This document shows positions 42,317 through 51,108 of a stretch of DNA of 64,000 nt, piece by piece. This stretch comes from Patescibacteria group bacterium (GTDB lineage Bacteria > Patescibacteriota > Patescibacteriia > Patescibacteriales > JBAZCA01). The DNA is taken from contig JBAZUL010000001.1 of NCBI GenBank assembly GCA_041661405.1, positions 28,403-92,402 on the forward strand, in the 5' to 3' direction. Numbering within the stretch: position 1 is the stretch's first letter; each line of letters starts with the position of its first letter. Both the position numbers and the translations under genes were made by a program. The notes under the pieces are model-generated. The model was not told where the DNA came from, ran no database searches, and worked only from the letters and a program-made list of their open reading frames with translations.

Positions 42317-42718
42317 ATGAAGAATAAAGGAGAACAAATAAAATATTGGAAAGCCTCGGCTGAAAAAGACTGGAAAGCAGCCAATTTTCTTTACGCGAGA
42401 AAATATTATTGCCACTCCCTGTTTCTTTGCCATTTGGCTTTGGAAAAATCGCTCAAAGGGCTGGTGATACTGAAGACCGGGGAACCGGCTCCTTACATCC
42501 ACCGGCTTGACCAGCTTGCCTCGCTATCAGGGATTGAATTAACCGGGAACCAACTTAAAAACTTTAAAATTATTTCCGCTTTTAACATTTCCGGGCGATA
42601 CGATGATTATAAATTTTCTTTTTATAAGCAATGTACGCCCGCCTATTCAAAAGAATATTTGAATATCACTAAGGAACTATTTATATGGCTCAAAAAAAAT
42701 TACCCAAAAGAATATTGA
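42317..42718 (+). CDS. HEPN domain protein (toxin-like partner of a minimal nucleotidyltransferase)
   Basis: 133 aa. YYCHSLFLCHLALEKSLKGLV ... YIHRLDQLA ... NISGRYDDY matches the helical HEPN pattern found with MNT partners. Confidence 0.75.
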   Translation: MKNKGEQIKYWKASAEKDWKAANFLYARKYYCHSLFLCHLALEKSLKGLVILKTGEPAPYIHRLDQLASLSGIELTGNQLKNFKIISAFNISGRYDDYKFSFYKQCTPAYSKEYLNITKELFIWLKKNYPKEY

Positions 42719-43014
42719 ACGAAATAAAGGAATACGTAAAGATTTTAAAATCGGAAAAATTGCCGATTGATAAAGTCATCCTTTACGGTTCGTTCGCCAA
42801 AGGCAAACAGCACGAATGGAGCGATGTTGATCTCTGCGTTGTTTCTCCTGAATTCGCCAACGCTTTCAAAGCTATGGAATATCTGCTCTCAAAAACGCCG
42901 ACGGTCTCCCGCCACCCGATTGAGCCGATCGGCTTTCGTTCCGCCGATTTAAAAGACAATTCCAGCTCCCTTATCAGGGAAATAAACCTCTATGGCATAG
43001 AAGTCGCCGTTTAA
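42685..43014 (+). CDS. Minimal nucleotidyltransferase (MNT) domain protein
   Basis: 109 aa. ILYGSFAKGKQHEWSDVDLCVV gives the GS-x-G ... DxD pol-beta-type NTase motif. Overlaps the HEPN gene by 34 nt. Confidence 0.8.
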   Translation: MAQKKLPKRILNEIKEYVKILKSEKLPIDKVILYGSFAKGKQHEWSDVDLCVVSPEFANAFKAMEYLLSKTPTVSRHPIEPIGFRSADLKDNSSSLIREINLYGIEVAV

Positions 43015-43017
43015 AAT

Positions 43018-43278
43018 ATGCGGAATAATCACTGCGAAATTTGCGCTCCGACCAAAAAAGCGAAGCCGGCCGGAGAATTGCCCGAAAGCTGGATAAAAGC
43101 CGCTGGAATTTTGAAAGGCAAAAAAATTGATGCCCTTAAATTCCAGAAAAAAATAAGGAAAGAATGGGAAACGAGAATGAAGAAGCTGGAAGTTATGCGT
43201 AAATCAATAATTAGCTCTAAAAACAGTAAAAAATCTTTTTTTAAGGGATCGGATCTAATAAAAGACGCTTTAAAATAA
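43018..43278 (+). CDS. Small Lys-rich hypothetical protein, third gene of the HEPN-MNT operon
   Basis: 86 aa. Starts 4 nt after the MNT stop. No domain recognised. Confidence 0.45.
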   Translation: MRNNHCEICAPTKKAKPAGELPESWIKAAGILKGKKIDALKFQKKIRKEWETRMKKLEVMRKSIISSKNSKKSFFKGSDLIKDALK

Positions 43279-43309
43279 AATTTCTATTGCTCTTTTAGCG
43301 CTTCGCTTC

Positions 43310-44899
43310 TTAAGCGAACTTCTTCTCCATATACGTCCCTCTGAGCCTGTATCCAAACTTCCGGTAATAACCCCGCGCCCCGACTCCGGAAATAATCATC
43401 ATTTTTTTAAAACCATTCTGCCGGGCGATTTTCTCCGCTTCGGCGAGTAGCATCTTCCCGAGACCCGAATGTTGAACCCGGCCGGCCGCTCCGACCGGCG
43501 CCAGCTCGCCGTAAACGTGCAATTCGCGGATAATGGCGGCCACGCCCGATAGCCTCAGCCGGCAAAACCCGTAAATAATTTTCCCAGCCTGTGCCGAGCT
43601 TGCCGAGACAGAATCCACGCTTATAAAATACTCATCTCCTCCCGATGCCTTATAATTTAAAATTCTTAATTCATAATTCTTAATTTTTAATTCTTTTGGC
43701 TCCCGGCATCTTATGCAATCGCACTTCACGCCAAGGTCTTTCATTACCTGGCGCAAATTAGTTATCTTATTGCCGGCCATGATGGACTCGCCCGGAATGT
43801 CGCGGATTAATCTTATTATCCGAACATAAGGCGGAACAGCTTTTTTACAGTCAATTATCAATTGCTTTAAAACTTTATCGCTGTACGTCTTATATTTTCC
43901 GGCTTTCCACCATCTAAAAAGCAAACTGCCGCGCGTGACCACGGTCGGATAAAATTTAATCTGATCCGGCTGGAATCGTTCGTCTGAAAAGAGCTTTTTA
44001 AACATAGCTAAATCCTTTTTGGCCGTTGCCCCGGGCAGTCCGGGCATGAGATGGTAAGTTACTTTAAAACCGAAATCTTTTAATAGCTTTGTCGCCTTAA
44101 CAGTTTCCGCGACCCCGTGTCCGCGTTTATTTATTTTCAGGATTTTATCGTCAATCGCCTGAACGCCTAATTCCACGCGGGTGCAACCGAGTTCCCGCAT
44201 CTCGCGCAATTCTTTTTCATCAATATAATCAGGCCGGGTTTCAAGGGTTAACCCGATAATCTTATATTTAGCCTTTTCGTTTTTCTTTTGCTCGCCTTGC
44301 AACTGACGACTAAGAACGGAAATTTTTAACTTAGCATTGTATTTCTGTTTTTTGTTGTCTGTTTTCTGTTGTCTAAAATTGTTCGCCGCCCGAAAACACT
44401 CCTTAATATACCAATATTTATACGCCGTTGGTAGAACGCTCCATGTTCCGCCAATCACGATAATTTCTATCTTTTCCGGCTCATGCCCGTTGGCTTCAAG
44501 GGCGCTAAGCCTCAGCTGGACTTGCAAATACGGATTATAATTACAGCGGATAGCCCGCATCACCGCCGGTTCGTTGGATAAATAACTCTGCGGCACGTCC
44601 TTTTCCGTCGGGCAGTAAACGCATTTTCCCGGGCACGCGTAAGGCATGGTAAGAACCGCGACCGGCGCGATACCGGACATGGTTCTTATTTCCCGCTTGC
44701 GGAGTATCCGCCTTAAAATGGCGCTACTAGAACCTGACCCTTTTAACTCTCTTAAAATATCCGAATTTTTAAAAATCGGCAAACCGTATTTTTTTGCGAT
44801 TTTTCTCTTAGCCGCCATCAGCTCCGAGGCTGTTGTTATCGGCGATTTTATCAATTCATTCACAGCTTCCTGAAAATCGTTTTTTATTGAATTTTTCAT
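43310..44899 (-). CDS. elp3: Elp3-type radical SAM / GNAT tRNA uridine(34) acetyltransferase
   Basis: 529 aa. Radical SAM cluster motif CPGKCVYCP and a C-terminal GNAT region (LHVYG...HSGLGKMLLAEAEKIARQNGFKKMMIISGVGARGYYRKFGY). Carries an in-frame heptad-repeat insertion. Confidence 0.85.
   Translation of the reverse strand: MKNSIKNDFQEAVNELIKSPITTASELMAAKRKIAKKYGLPIFKNSDILRELKGSGSSSAILRRILRKREIRTMSGIAPVAVLTMPYACPGKCVYCPTEKDVPQSYLSNEPAVMRAIRCNYNPYLQVQLRLSALEANGHEPEKIEIIVIGGTWSVLPTAYKYWYIKECFRAANNFRQQKTDNKKQKYNAKLKISVLSRQLQGEQKKNEKAKYKIIGLTLETRPDYIDEKELREMRELGCTRVELGVQAIDDKILKINKRGHGVAETVKATKLLKDFGFKVTYHLMPGLPGATAKKDLAMFKKLFSDERFQPDQIKFYPTVVTRGSLLFRWWKAGKYKTYSDKVLKQLIIDCKKAVPPYVRIIRLIRDIPGESIMAGNKITNLRQVMKDLGVKCDCIRCREPKELKIKNYELRILNYKASGGDEYFISVDSVSASSAQAGKIIYGFCRLRLSGVAAIIRELHVYGELAPVGAAGRVQHSGLGKMLLAEAEKIARQNGFKKMMIISGVGARGYYRKFGYRLRGTYMEKKFA
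43661..43695. repeat. In-frame heptad array (AATTCTT AATTCAT AATTCTT AATTTTT AATTCTT) inside elp3
   Basis: Five 7-nt units. They encode KELKIKNYELRILNYK on the minus strand. Confidence 0.8.
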
Positions 44900-44985
44900 T
44901 GATTTTTATAATATCCTCTGGTAATATATTAACATCACTCTTGAGCTAAGGATTCTTTAAAGTTTAATTATTAAACCATAAATTT

Positions 44986-46110
44986 ATGCGCAAAGCAATC
45001 TTAATCTTCATGATTTCGCTCGCTTTCGCCATCCCGGCAGGAGTCTCGGCTTACGAGATCCGGAAAGGCGATACTGTCATCGTCCCTAAAGACGAAATAA
45101 TTGACGGCAATCTATACGTAGCCGGAGCCAATATCAATATTGACGGCCATGTCAAAGGCGACGTTTTCTGCGCCGGGCAGTCAATAAACTTAAGCGGAAC
45201 AGTTGACGGCTCGGTTTTCTGCGCCGGGCAGAATATCAATCTTAACGGCAAAGTCGCCGGGAGTGCCCGGATGGCCGCTTCCACCATCAACATTAACGGC
45301 GAAATCGGGCAAAACGCTAACGCCTTTGCCGCCTCAATAAGCGTATCGGAAAAATCAAAAATCGGCTGGGATATGTTTATGGGCGCGGCGGGCGCCAACC
45401 TATCGGGCGAAATCGGCGGCGACCTCCATGGCGGCGGGGCGAACATTTCCTTAAACTCTAAAGTCGGAAAAAACGTCAACCTGGCTTTAGGCGAAAAAAA
45501 AGATACGAGCTTTACGATCGGCGACAAAGCGCAAATCGGCGGCGACCTTACTTACCGGTCGGGCGAAGACGCGGAAATATCCGGCCAGGCTAAAATCGCC
45601 GGCGAGACCATCCGCAAAGAATTTACGGCCGGGATTAAAAAATCCGGTCCGGCCGCGCGCGCCGGAATGATTGTTTTTTCAATTTTTTCTTCCCTCATAA
45701 TCGGCTTGGTTCTCGTTAGCGTTTTCCGGAAAAATATCATCGTTGTCACCGATATCATGCTTGATAAAATCGCGGCCTCAATCGGCGTCGGTTTCCTCGC
45801 TCTGGTTCTCGCGCCGTTCGTTTTCGTCATCCTCGCGATTACGATAATCGGCCTCCCGCTTTCGCTTATCCTCCTGGCGCTCTGGATTATCACCCTTTAT
45901 GTTTCCAAAATTATCACCGGCATATTCCTCGGCCGGGTGCTTATAGAAAAATACTGGGCCGTTAAAAAAGAGTCGCTTATCTGGCCCATGATAATCGGCG
46001 TTACCGTAACGAGCCTTATCTGCTTTATCCCGTTTATCGGCTGGCTATTAGGGCTTATCGCCGTACTTTGGGCGCTCGGAGGAATGATTCTGACCTTGAA
46101 AAAATCTTAA
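44986..46110 (+). CDS. Membrane protein with bactofilin-like beta-helical repeats and C-terminal TM bundle
   Basis: 374 aa. Signal peptide, repeated G-x-V-x-G-D/S-hydrophobic units (GHVKGDVFCAGQSINLSGTVDGSVFCAGQNINLNGKVAGSA...), then ~4 TM helices. Confidence 0.6.
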   Translation: MRKAILIFMISLAFAIPAGVSAYEIRKGDTVIVPKDEIIDGNLYVAGANINIDGHVKGDVFCAGQSINLSGTVDGSVFCAGQNINLNGKVAGSARMAASTININGEIGQNANAFAASISVSEKSKIGWDMFMGAAGANLSGEIGGDLHGGGANISLNSKVGKNVNLALGEKKDTSFTIGDKAQIGGDLTYRSGEDAEISGQAKIAGETIRKEFTAGIKKSGPAARAGMIVFSIFSSLIIGLVLVSVFRKNIIVVTDIMLDKIAASIGVGFLALVLAPFVFVILAITIIGLPLSLILLALWIITLYVSKIITGIFLGRVLIEKYWAVKKESLIWPMIIGVTVTSLICFIPFIGWLLGLIAVLWALGGMILTLKKS

Positions 46111-46129
46111 GCTCATCCCTTTAAGCTTA

Positions 46130-46167
46130 AAAACCGCTCCGCCCTCAATCGGGCGGGGCGGTTTTTA
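46130..46167 (+). terminator. Terminator after the beta-helical membrane protein gene
   Basis: AACCGCTCCGCCC-tcaat-CGGGCGGGGCGGTT followed by TTTTAT. Confidence 0.75.
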
Positions 46168-46279
46168 TTATCGCCCCTTTTGGCAGGGTGAAAAATGACA
46201 AAAATAAAAAATGATAGTATAATATCAAAAGGCCTCATCAATAATTTCTTAACAACTTCGGGGCGGTTCGTTTAAATTT

Positions 46280-47596
46280 ATGGTTAAACTAACTCTAAAA
46301 AACAAGATTATCTTCACCGTCGCTTTTTCCATCCTGATTTTCGGCGCGGTTATCGTAACCGCTGTTTCCCGGTACGCGAAAAACAACATCCTCGCCCATA
46401 AACGGGAATATTTCAATACCGCTCTGGTCGCGCAAACCCGCGAAACTTCGCGAATGATTTTAAATTCCCTTAACCTCGTTAAAACTATCGCCGCCCAGGA
46501 AAAAACCGTCAGTTATCTCGGCGGGGGAAAAATACCGCAGGATTCTTCGGTTCTGGAAATGCTTAAACAATATAATATCAACGGCGACTATACCGCGATT
46601 TATCTAATGGACGATTCCGGCCGGGTAATCGCGACAACCGACGACCGTTATCTCGGGCTGGATCTTAATTTCCGCGGCTACTTTAAGAATGCCATGGCCG
46701 GCGACGGGACGATTGACCTTTTTACCGGCCTGATAAATAAAACTATCGGCTACTATTTTTCCTTTCCCGTAAAAGACTCGGACGGCAGGGTAATCGGAGT
46801 GGCGGCCGCTAAATTAAAGGCCGGCACGATTAACGAAACTATAAGTCTTGAAGCGGAGAAAGAAGGGGCGAATATAATGCTAACCGACCGGGATGGCGTG
46901 GTTGTTTTTTCCAACGACTCTTCCAGACTCTACAAAAGCCTCGGACGGCTTGATCCTGGAAAGCTTGAGGAAATCAGCGCCGACCAGCGCTATGACGGCG
47001 TGGTGGAAAGCGTCCTTCCGTTAAATTACGATTTAATCCAGCAAAAAATCAGCGGCATTAGCCAATCGGAAATTTTTGAATTTACCAGTTCCAATGACAA
47101 CCGGCCAAAAATCGCCGGACTGGCTAAAATTGACGGCTTTCCCTTCTACCTTTTCGTTGAAGAAGACCTGTCAAATTTCAGCCGTTCGGCCGCCTATCTC
47201 TCCTTTTTTCTTTCCGGCCTGATTGTTCTCGCGACCGCTCTCCTTGTTGCTATCATATATTTAATCCTTCACGGCTTTTTAAAACCGATCGCCCGGCTGA
47301 AGAAATTCAGTCATGAAATAAGCCAGGGCGATTTTGACGAAAGCCTTGAATTGAAAACCGGAGACGAACTTGAGGATCTGGCTCGTTCGCTAAATGAAAT
47401 GAAAGCGAAGCTAAAAAATTTCTACGGCAATCTCCAAAAAGAGATAAAAGAAGAAGCGGGTATGATCAGGAGAAAGACCCGCGAAGCCCAGCTAAAAGGC
47501 GACGAGCTGGCTGAAACGAGAAAAAACCTCCACAATATTCTAAAAAAGAAAAAAATCCCCTTGGCCGGAAAAGAAAACCCGAAGCTTGAAAAATAG
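46280..47596 (+). CDS. Membrane sensor-like protein: periplasmic Cache-like domain + HAMP, no recognisable output domain
   Basis: 438 aa. TM1, a ~270-aa extracytoplasmic region, TM2, a HAMP-like segment (KPIARLKKFSHEISQGDFDESLELKTGDELEDLARSLNEM), then only a ~70-aa charged coiled coil. Confidence 0.55.
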   Translation: MVKLTLKNKIIFTVAFSILIFGAVIVTAVSRYAKNNILAHKREYFNTALVAQTRETSRMILNSLNLVKTIAAQEKTVSYLGGGKIPQDSSVLEMLKQYNINGDYTAIYLMDDSGRVIATTDDRYLGLDLNFRGYFKNAMAGDGTIDLFTGLINKTIGYYFSFPVKDSDGRVIGVAAAKLKAGTINETISLEAEKEGANIMLTDRDGVVVFSNDSSRLYKSLGRLDPGKLEEISADQRYDGVVESVLPLNYDLIQQKISGISQSEIFEFTSSNDNRPKIAGLAKIDGFPFYLFVEEDLSNFSRSAAYLSFFLSGLIVLATALLVAIIYLILHGFLKPIARLKKFSHEISQGDFDESLELKTGDELEDLARSLNEMKAKLKNFYGNLQKEIKEEAGMIRRKTREAQLKGDELAETRKNLHNILKKKKIPLAGKENPKLEK

Positions 47597-47707
47597 GTTC
47601 AGAGCGTATATAATGCTTTCATTAATAAAATCACCGTCTTGTTTTTCTCTCTTTGACGCCTAATCTATTTCGCGAACGCAATTAGCAAAATTAATCAGCA
47701 ATAAGCT

Positions 47708-49138
47708 ATGAAAGTAAATCCTTATATTTTCCGCGGCTACGACTTGCGGGGCTTGGTCAATATTGATTTAACCCCCGAAATCGTAGAACATATCGGCCGG
47801 GCTCACGGCACTTATTTAAAAAAAAATAATATTAAAGAGGCGCTCGTTGGTTATGATTGCCGAGCCACCAGCAAAGAATACGCCCGGGCGCTTATAAAAG
47901 GCATGAGCTGGGCGGGGGTGAACACAGTGAACATCGGCATGACCATGGTCGGCACTTTTTATTGGGCGCAATATTTTTTAAATTTAAAGGGCGGCGCTTT
48001 TGTTACCGCCTCCCATAACCCGGCCGAATACAACGGAATAAAATTCGCCATTGATCTTTCCGAAACCCTTGTCAGCGACGGTATGCAAGAACTTTTGAGG
48101 ATGGTTCAGGATGAAGATTACGAAAAAGGCGAGACCGAAGGAACAGTTGAGGAGAAAGATATTTTAAGGGATTATATTGATGACTTAAAAAAAAGAATAA
48201 CTATTACTAAAAAATTCCGGGTAGTTATTGACCCGAGCTGTTCAACCGCCGGGGCGATAATGCCGAAAGTCTTAAGAGAGTTCGGTTTGGATGTGATTGA
48301 AAAAAACTGCGCCATTGATCCGACTTTCCCTCTCGGCACGCCTGATCCGACGGAAATCGCCGTGGCAGAAAGATTAAAGAAGGAAGTGCTGGAAGAAAAA
48401 GCCGATATCGGTTTTACTTATGATGCCGACGGGGATCGGATCGGAATAGTGGATGAAAAAGGCGGAATTATCTGGAACGATGTTTTATTGGCTCTTTTAG
48501 TTATTGACGTTTTAGATAAACATCCAGGCGATAAAATAATGTATAACCTCCTTTGTTCCAAAGCAGTAGAGGAAACTATAATAAAACACGGCGGCCAACC
48601 GTTTATCTGGCGCGTCGGCCATTCTTTTTTAAAGAAAAAAAATCAGGAAGTAAAGGCGGCTTTTATCGGCGAACTTTCGGGACACTTCTTTTTCTCGGCC
48701 GATTTTTATAATCATGACGACGGTTGTTATACGACCATAAGGCTCCTGGATTATTTATCAAGAAGCGGGCAAACATTATCCGGGGCAGTGTCCAATCTTC
48801 CGGAATATATCTCTAGCCCAGAAATAAAATTATCCTGCGCTGACAGCGAAAAAGTGGCTCTAATGGAAAAAATCTCCCCGATTTTAAGGAAAGATTTTCC
48901 CGGCGCGAAAGTTATTGACGATGAGCGGGCGGGTGACGGAATCAGGCTGGATTTGGATGATGGCATGTTTGTCATCCGTTATTCCCAAAACGGGCCTTAC
49001 ATTACCGTAAAGTTTGAGGCGAAAAGCCGGGATAAGTATGACAGCCTGAAAAATTACATTAATAATTTGCTTCACGGATTTCCGGAAATCGGCTGGAATA
49101 ATGAAAACGCCGTCAATATTGAAGCCTTAATCCAATAA
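47708..49138 (+). CDS. Phosphomannomutase/phosphoglucomutase family enzyme
   Basis: 476 aa. Active-site TASHNPAEYNGIK, metal loop YDADGDR and GELSGH sugar-binding loop. Confidence 0.9.
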   Translation: MKVNPYIFRGYDLRGLVNIDLTPEIVEHIGRAHGTYLKKNNIKEALVGYDCRATSKEYARALIKGMSWAGVNTVNIGMTMVGTFYWAQYFLNLKGGAFVTASHNPAEYNGIKFAIDLSETLVSDGMQELLRMVQDEDYEKGETEGTVEEKDILRDYIDDLKKRITITKKFRVVIDPSCSTAGAIMPKVLREFGLDVIEKNCAIDPTFPLGTPDPTEIAVAERLKKEVLEEKADIGFTYDADGDRIGIVDEKGGIIWNDVLLALLVIDVLDKHPGDKIMYNLLCSKAVEETIIKHGGQPFIWRVGHSFLKKKNQEVKAAFIGELSGHFFFSADFYNHDDGCYTTIRLLDYLSRSGQTLSGAVSNLPEYISSPEIKLSCADSEKVALMEKISPILRKDFPGAKVIDDERAGDGIRLDLDDGMFVIRYSQNGPYITVKFEAKSRDKYDSLKNYINNLLHGFPEIGWNNENAVNIEALIQ

Positions 49139-49139
49139 G

Positions 49140-49919
49140 ATGAACTTTCTTCACGCCCTTATCTTCGGCCTCGTTGAAGGCATTACCGAATTCCTTCCGG
49201 TTTCTTCGACCGGCCATCTCATGCTCACGGCCAAGATTCTCGGCCTCGGACAAACCGAATTTTTAAAAACTTTTGAAATTTCCATCCAGCTCGGAGCCAT
49301 CCTCTCAGTCGTAGCTTTATACTGGAGAAAGCTCCTTGTTAATTTTGAAGTAATGAAACGGATTGCCGCGGCTTTTATCCCAACCGGCGTTATCGGCCTG
49401 GTTTTTTATAAAATCGTTAAAACCTATTTGCTTGAAAGCGCCCCCATTGTCATTTGGTCGCTTCTTATCGGCGGAATATTCATGATTGCTTTTGAAAAAT
49501 GGCGCGCCGGACAGCCGGAAATCCCTGAACAAAGACTTGAAGACCTGCCTTATAAAAAATGCGTGGCTGTCGGAATTTTCCAGGCCCTCGCTATGGTCCC
49601 GGGCGTTTCCCGCTCCGCGGCGACGATTTTAGGCGGCCTTTACCTCGGTTTAAGCCGCAAAGCAATCGTTGAATTTTCTTTCCTTTTAGCCGTACCGACC
49701 ATGCTCGCCGCCACCGGCCTGGATCTCTTTAAAAACTACGGCGCGTTTAACGGCGGAGAAGCCGCTTTCCTCGCCATCGGTTTTATCACTTCCTTCGCCA
49801 CCGCCATCTTTGCCATAAAATTCATGATTAGCTACATAAAAAAACACACTTTCATGGCTTTCGGAATTTATCGCGTCGCGATCGCGATTTTATTTTTACT
49901 GACCGCGTTCCTGGGATGA
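49140..49919 (+). CDS. uppP: Undecaprenyl-diphosphate phosphatase
   Basis: 259 aa. GLVEGITEFLPVSSTGHL and PGVSRSAATI motifs, polytopic. Confidence 0.93.
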   Translation: MNFLHALIFGLVEGITEFLPVSSTGHLMLTAKILGLGQTEFLKTFEISIQLGAILSVVALYWRKLLVNFEVMKRIAAAFIPTGVIGLVFYKIVKTYLLESAPIVIWSLLIGGIFMIAFEKWRAGQPEIPEQRLEDLPYKKCVAVGIFQALAMVPGVSRSAATILGGLYLGLSRKAIVEFSFLLAVPTMLAATGLDLFKNYGAFNGGEAAFLAIGFITSFATAIFAIKFMISYIKKHTFMAFGIYRVAIAILFLLTAFLG

Positions 49920-49982
49920 CGCGCCAAAAACAAAATTTAATTTACGGGTCTTGGATTTTTTCCGGACCCGCACGCGCCAAAT

Positions 49983-50303
49983 ATGGAAAAATTAAACTGC
50001 TGGGAATTACTGCGTTGCGGCCGCGAGCCGGGTGGGTTAAAAGTTCATGAGCTCGGTTACTGCCCGGTCCCTCAAAACGGCGCCGGAAACGGAATTAACA
50101 ACGGAAAATACCGGGGAAGAATCTGCTGGTCCGTTGCCGGAACTTTCTGCCTCGGCGAGGTTCAGGGAACTTTCGCGAAAAAGAGAAAAACCTGCGCCAT
50201 GTGTCCGCATTATCTCATGGTTAAGGACGAGGAAGGAGTAAATTTCTCAAAACTATTGCCCGGACAGACTTTCCCGGAAGAGGCCTCGGCTAAAGCCAAT
50301 TGA
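49983..50303 (+). CDS. Small cysteine-rich protein with two CW motifs
   Basis: 106 aa. NCWELLRCGREPGG ... YCP ... RICWSVAGTFC ... KTCAMCP, seven Cys. Resembles proteins I recall being annotated as two-CW domain proteins. Function unknown. Confidence 0.55.
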   Translation: MEKLNCWELLRCGREPGGLKVHELGYCPVPQNGAGNGINNGKYRGRICWSVAGTFCLGEVQGTFAKKRKTCAMCPHYLMVKDEEGVNFSKLLPGQTFPEEASAKAN

Positions 50304-50438
50304 CTAGTCACCGTTAAATCTCACTCAACAAAAAACCGGCCCAACTGAAGCGGCCTGTTTTTTTGTAACGCTGAATATGATAAAAGGAATACTGACGGAA
50401 ATCTAAAACAGAAACCCAATTGTAAATTGTCAATTTAT

Positions 50439-50515
50439 TGGTGGCTGGGGAGAGGCTCGAACTCTCGACCTTGGCGTTATGAGTGCCACGCTCTAACCAG
50501 CTGAGCTACCCAGCC
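50439..50515 (-). tRNA. tRNA with CAU anticodon (elongator Met or lysidine-type Ile2), CCA encoded
   Basis: GGCTGGG TA GCTC AGCTGGTTA GAGC G TGGCA CTCATAA CGCCA AGGTC GAGAG TTCGAGC CTCTC CCCAGCC ACCA. G1-C72 is paired and the anticodon stem lacks three G-C pairs, so it is not an initiator. Confidence 0.85.
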
Positions 50516-50536
50516 ATACAATTGCCATTTTCTATG

Positions 50537-50608
50537 TGCGCCCGGCAGGAATTGAACCCACACCACTTGGTCCGAAGCCAAGTACTCTATCCGTTGAGCT
50601 ACGGGCGC
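50537..50608 (-). tRNA. tRNA-Arg (anticodon UCG)
   Basis: GCGCCCG TA GCTC AACGGATA GAGT A CTTGG CTTCGGA CCAAG TGGT GTGGG TTCAATT CCTGC CGGGCGC A. 72 nt, with two G-U pairs in the T stem. Confidence 0.8.
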
Positions 50609-50639
50609 GTTTCTCCGGAACGTAATTTATTCATTTTTA

Positions 50640-50665
50640 AATAGTCCCGAGTGCTCGGGACTATT
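50640..50665. repeat. GC palindrome AATAGTCCCGAG..CTCGGGACTATT
   Basis: 12-bp perfect arms just upstream of the tRNA-Arg/CAU pair. Same core (GTCCCGAG..CTCGGGAC) as the palindrome inside tRNA-like fragment X. Confidence 0.7.
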
Positions 50666-50743
50666 CTGATATTAAAACAAAATATCCGGTTTAGTCAAAT
50701 AAAAATATGAAATCTTTAAACGCGCGCCGTAATTTCGCAAGGC

Positions 50744-51028
50744 CTAAATTTTTCCTTTGAGGGCGTCTTTTAAAGTCTTGCCGGTTTTAAATTTGGCGAC
50801 TGTCACCTCGGGAATCTGGATCCTTTCGCTCGGCTTTTGCGGATTGACGCCGCCTCGCGAATGGCGCTTTCTCGGAATAAAAGTCCCGAAACCGGCGATT
50901 CGGACTTCGTTGCCGGATTTGAGTTCGCTGATGATTACTTTAACCAATGCCTCAAGCATTGCCTCGGCGTCTTTTCTCGTTGACGGCGCTTCGGCCGCGA
51001 TCCGCTCAATTAATTGGGCTTTATTCAT
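50744..51028 (-). CDS. hup: DNA-binding protein HU
   Basis: 94 aa. MNKAQLIERIA ... GFGTF ... R.GRNPQT-like arm (RHSRGGVNPQKP) ... KFKTGKTLKDAL. Confidence 0.93.
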   Translation of the reverse strand: MNKAQLIERIAAEAPSTRKDAEAMLEALVKVIISELKSGNEVRIAGFGTFIPRKRHSRGGVNPQKPSERIQIPEVTVAKFKTGKTLKDALKGKI

Positions 51029-51032
51029 AAGT

Positions 51033-51108
51033 TTATGAAGAATTATGAATCAAGAATTATGAATTACGGGTTGTGATTCCCTTGATTCATTATTCATAAT
51101 TCATTATT
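51033..51108. repeat. Heptad-built hairpin between the ymdB stop and the HU start
   Basis: aattatg aatcaag aattatg aattacg (loop) tgattca ttattca taattca ttattca. Confidence 0.7.
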
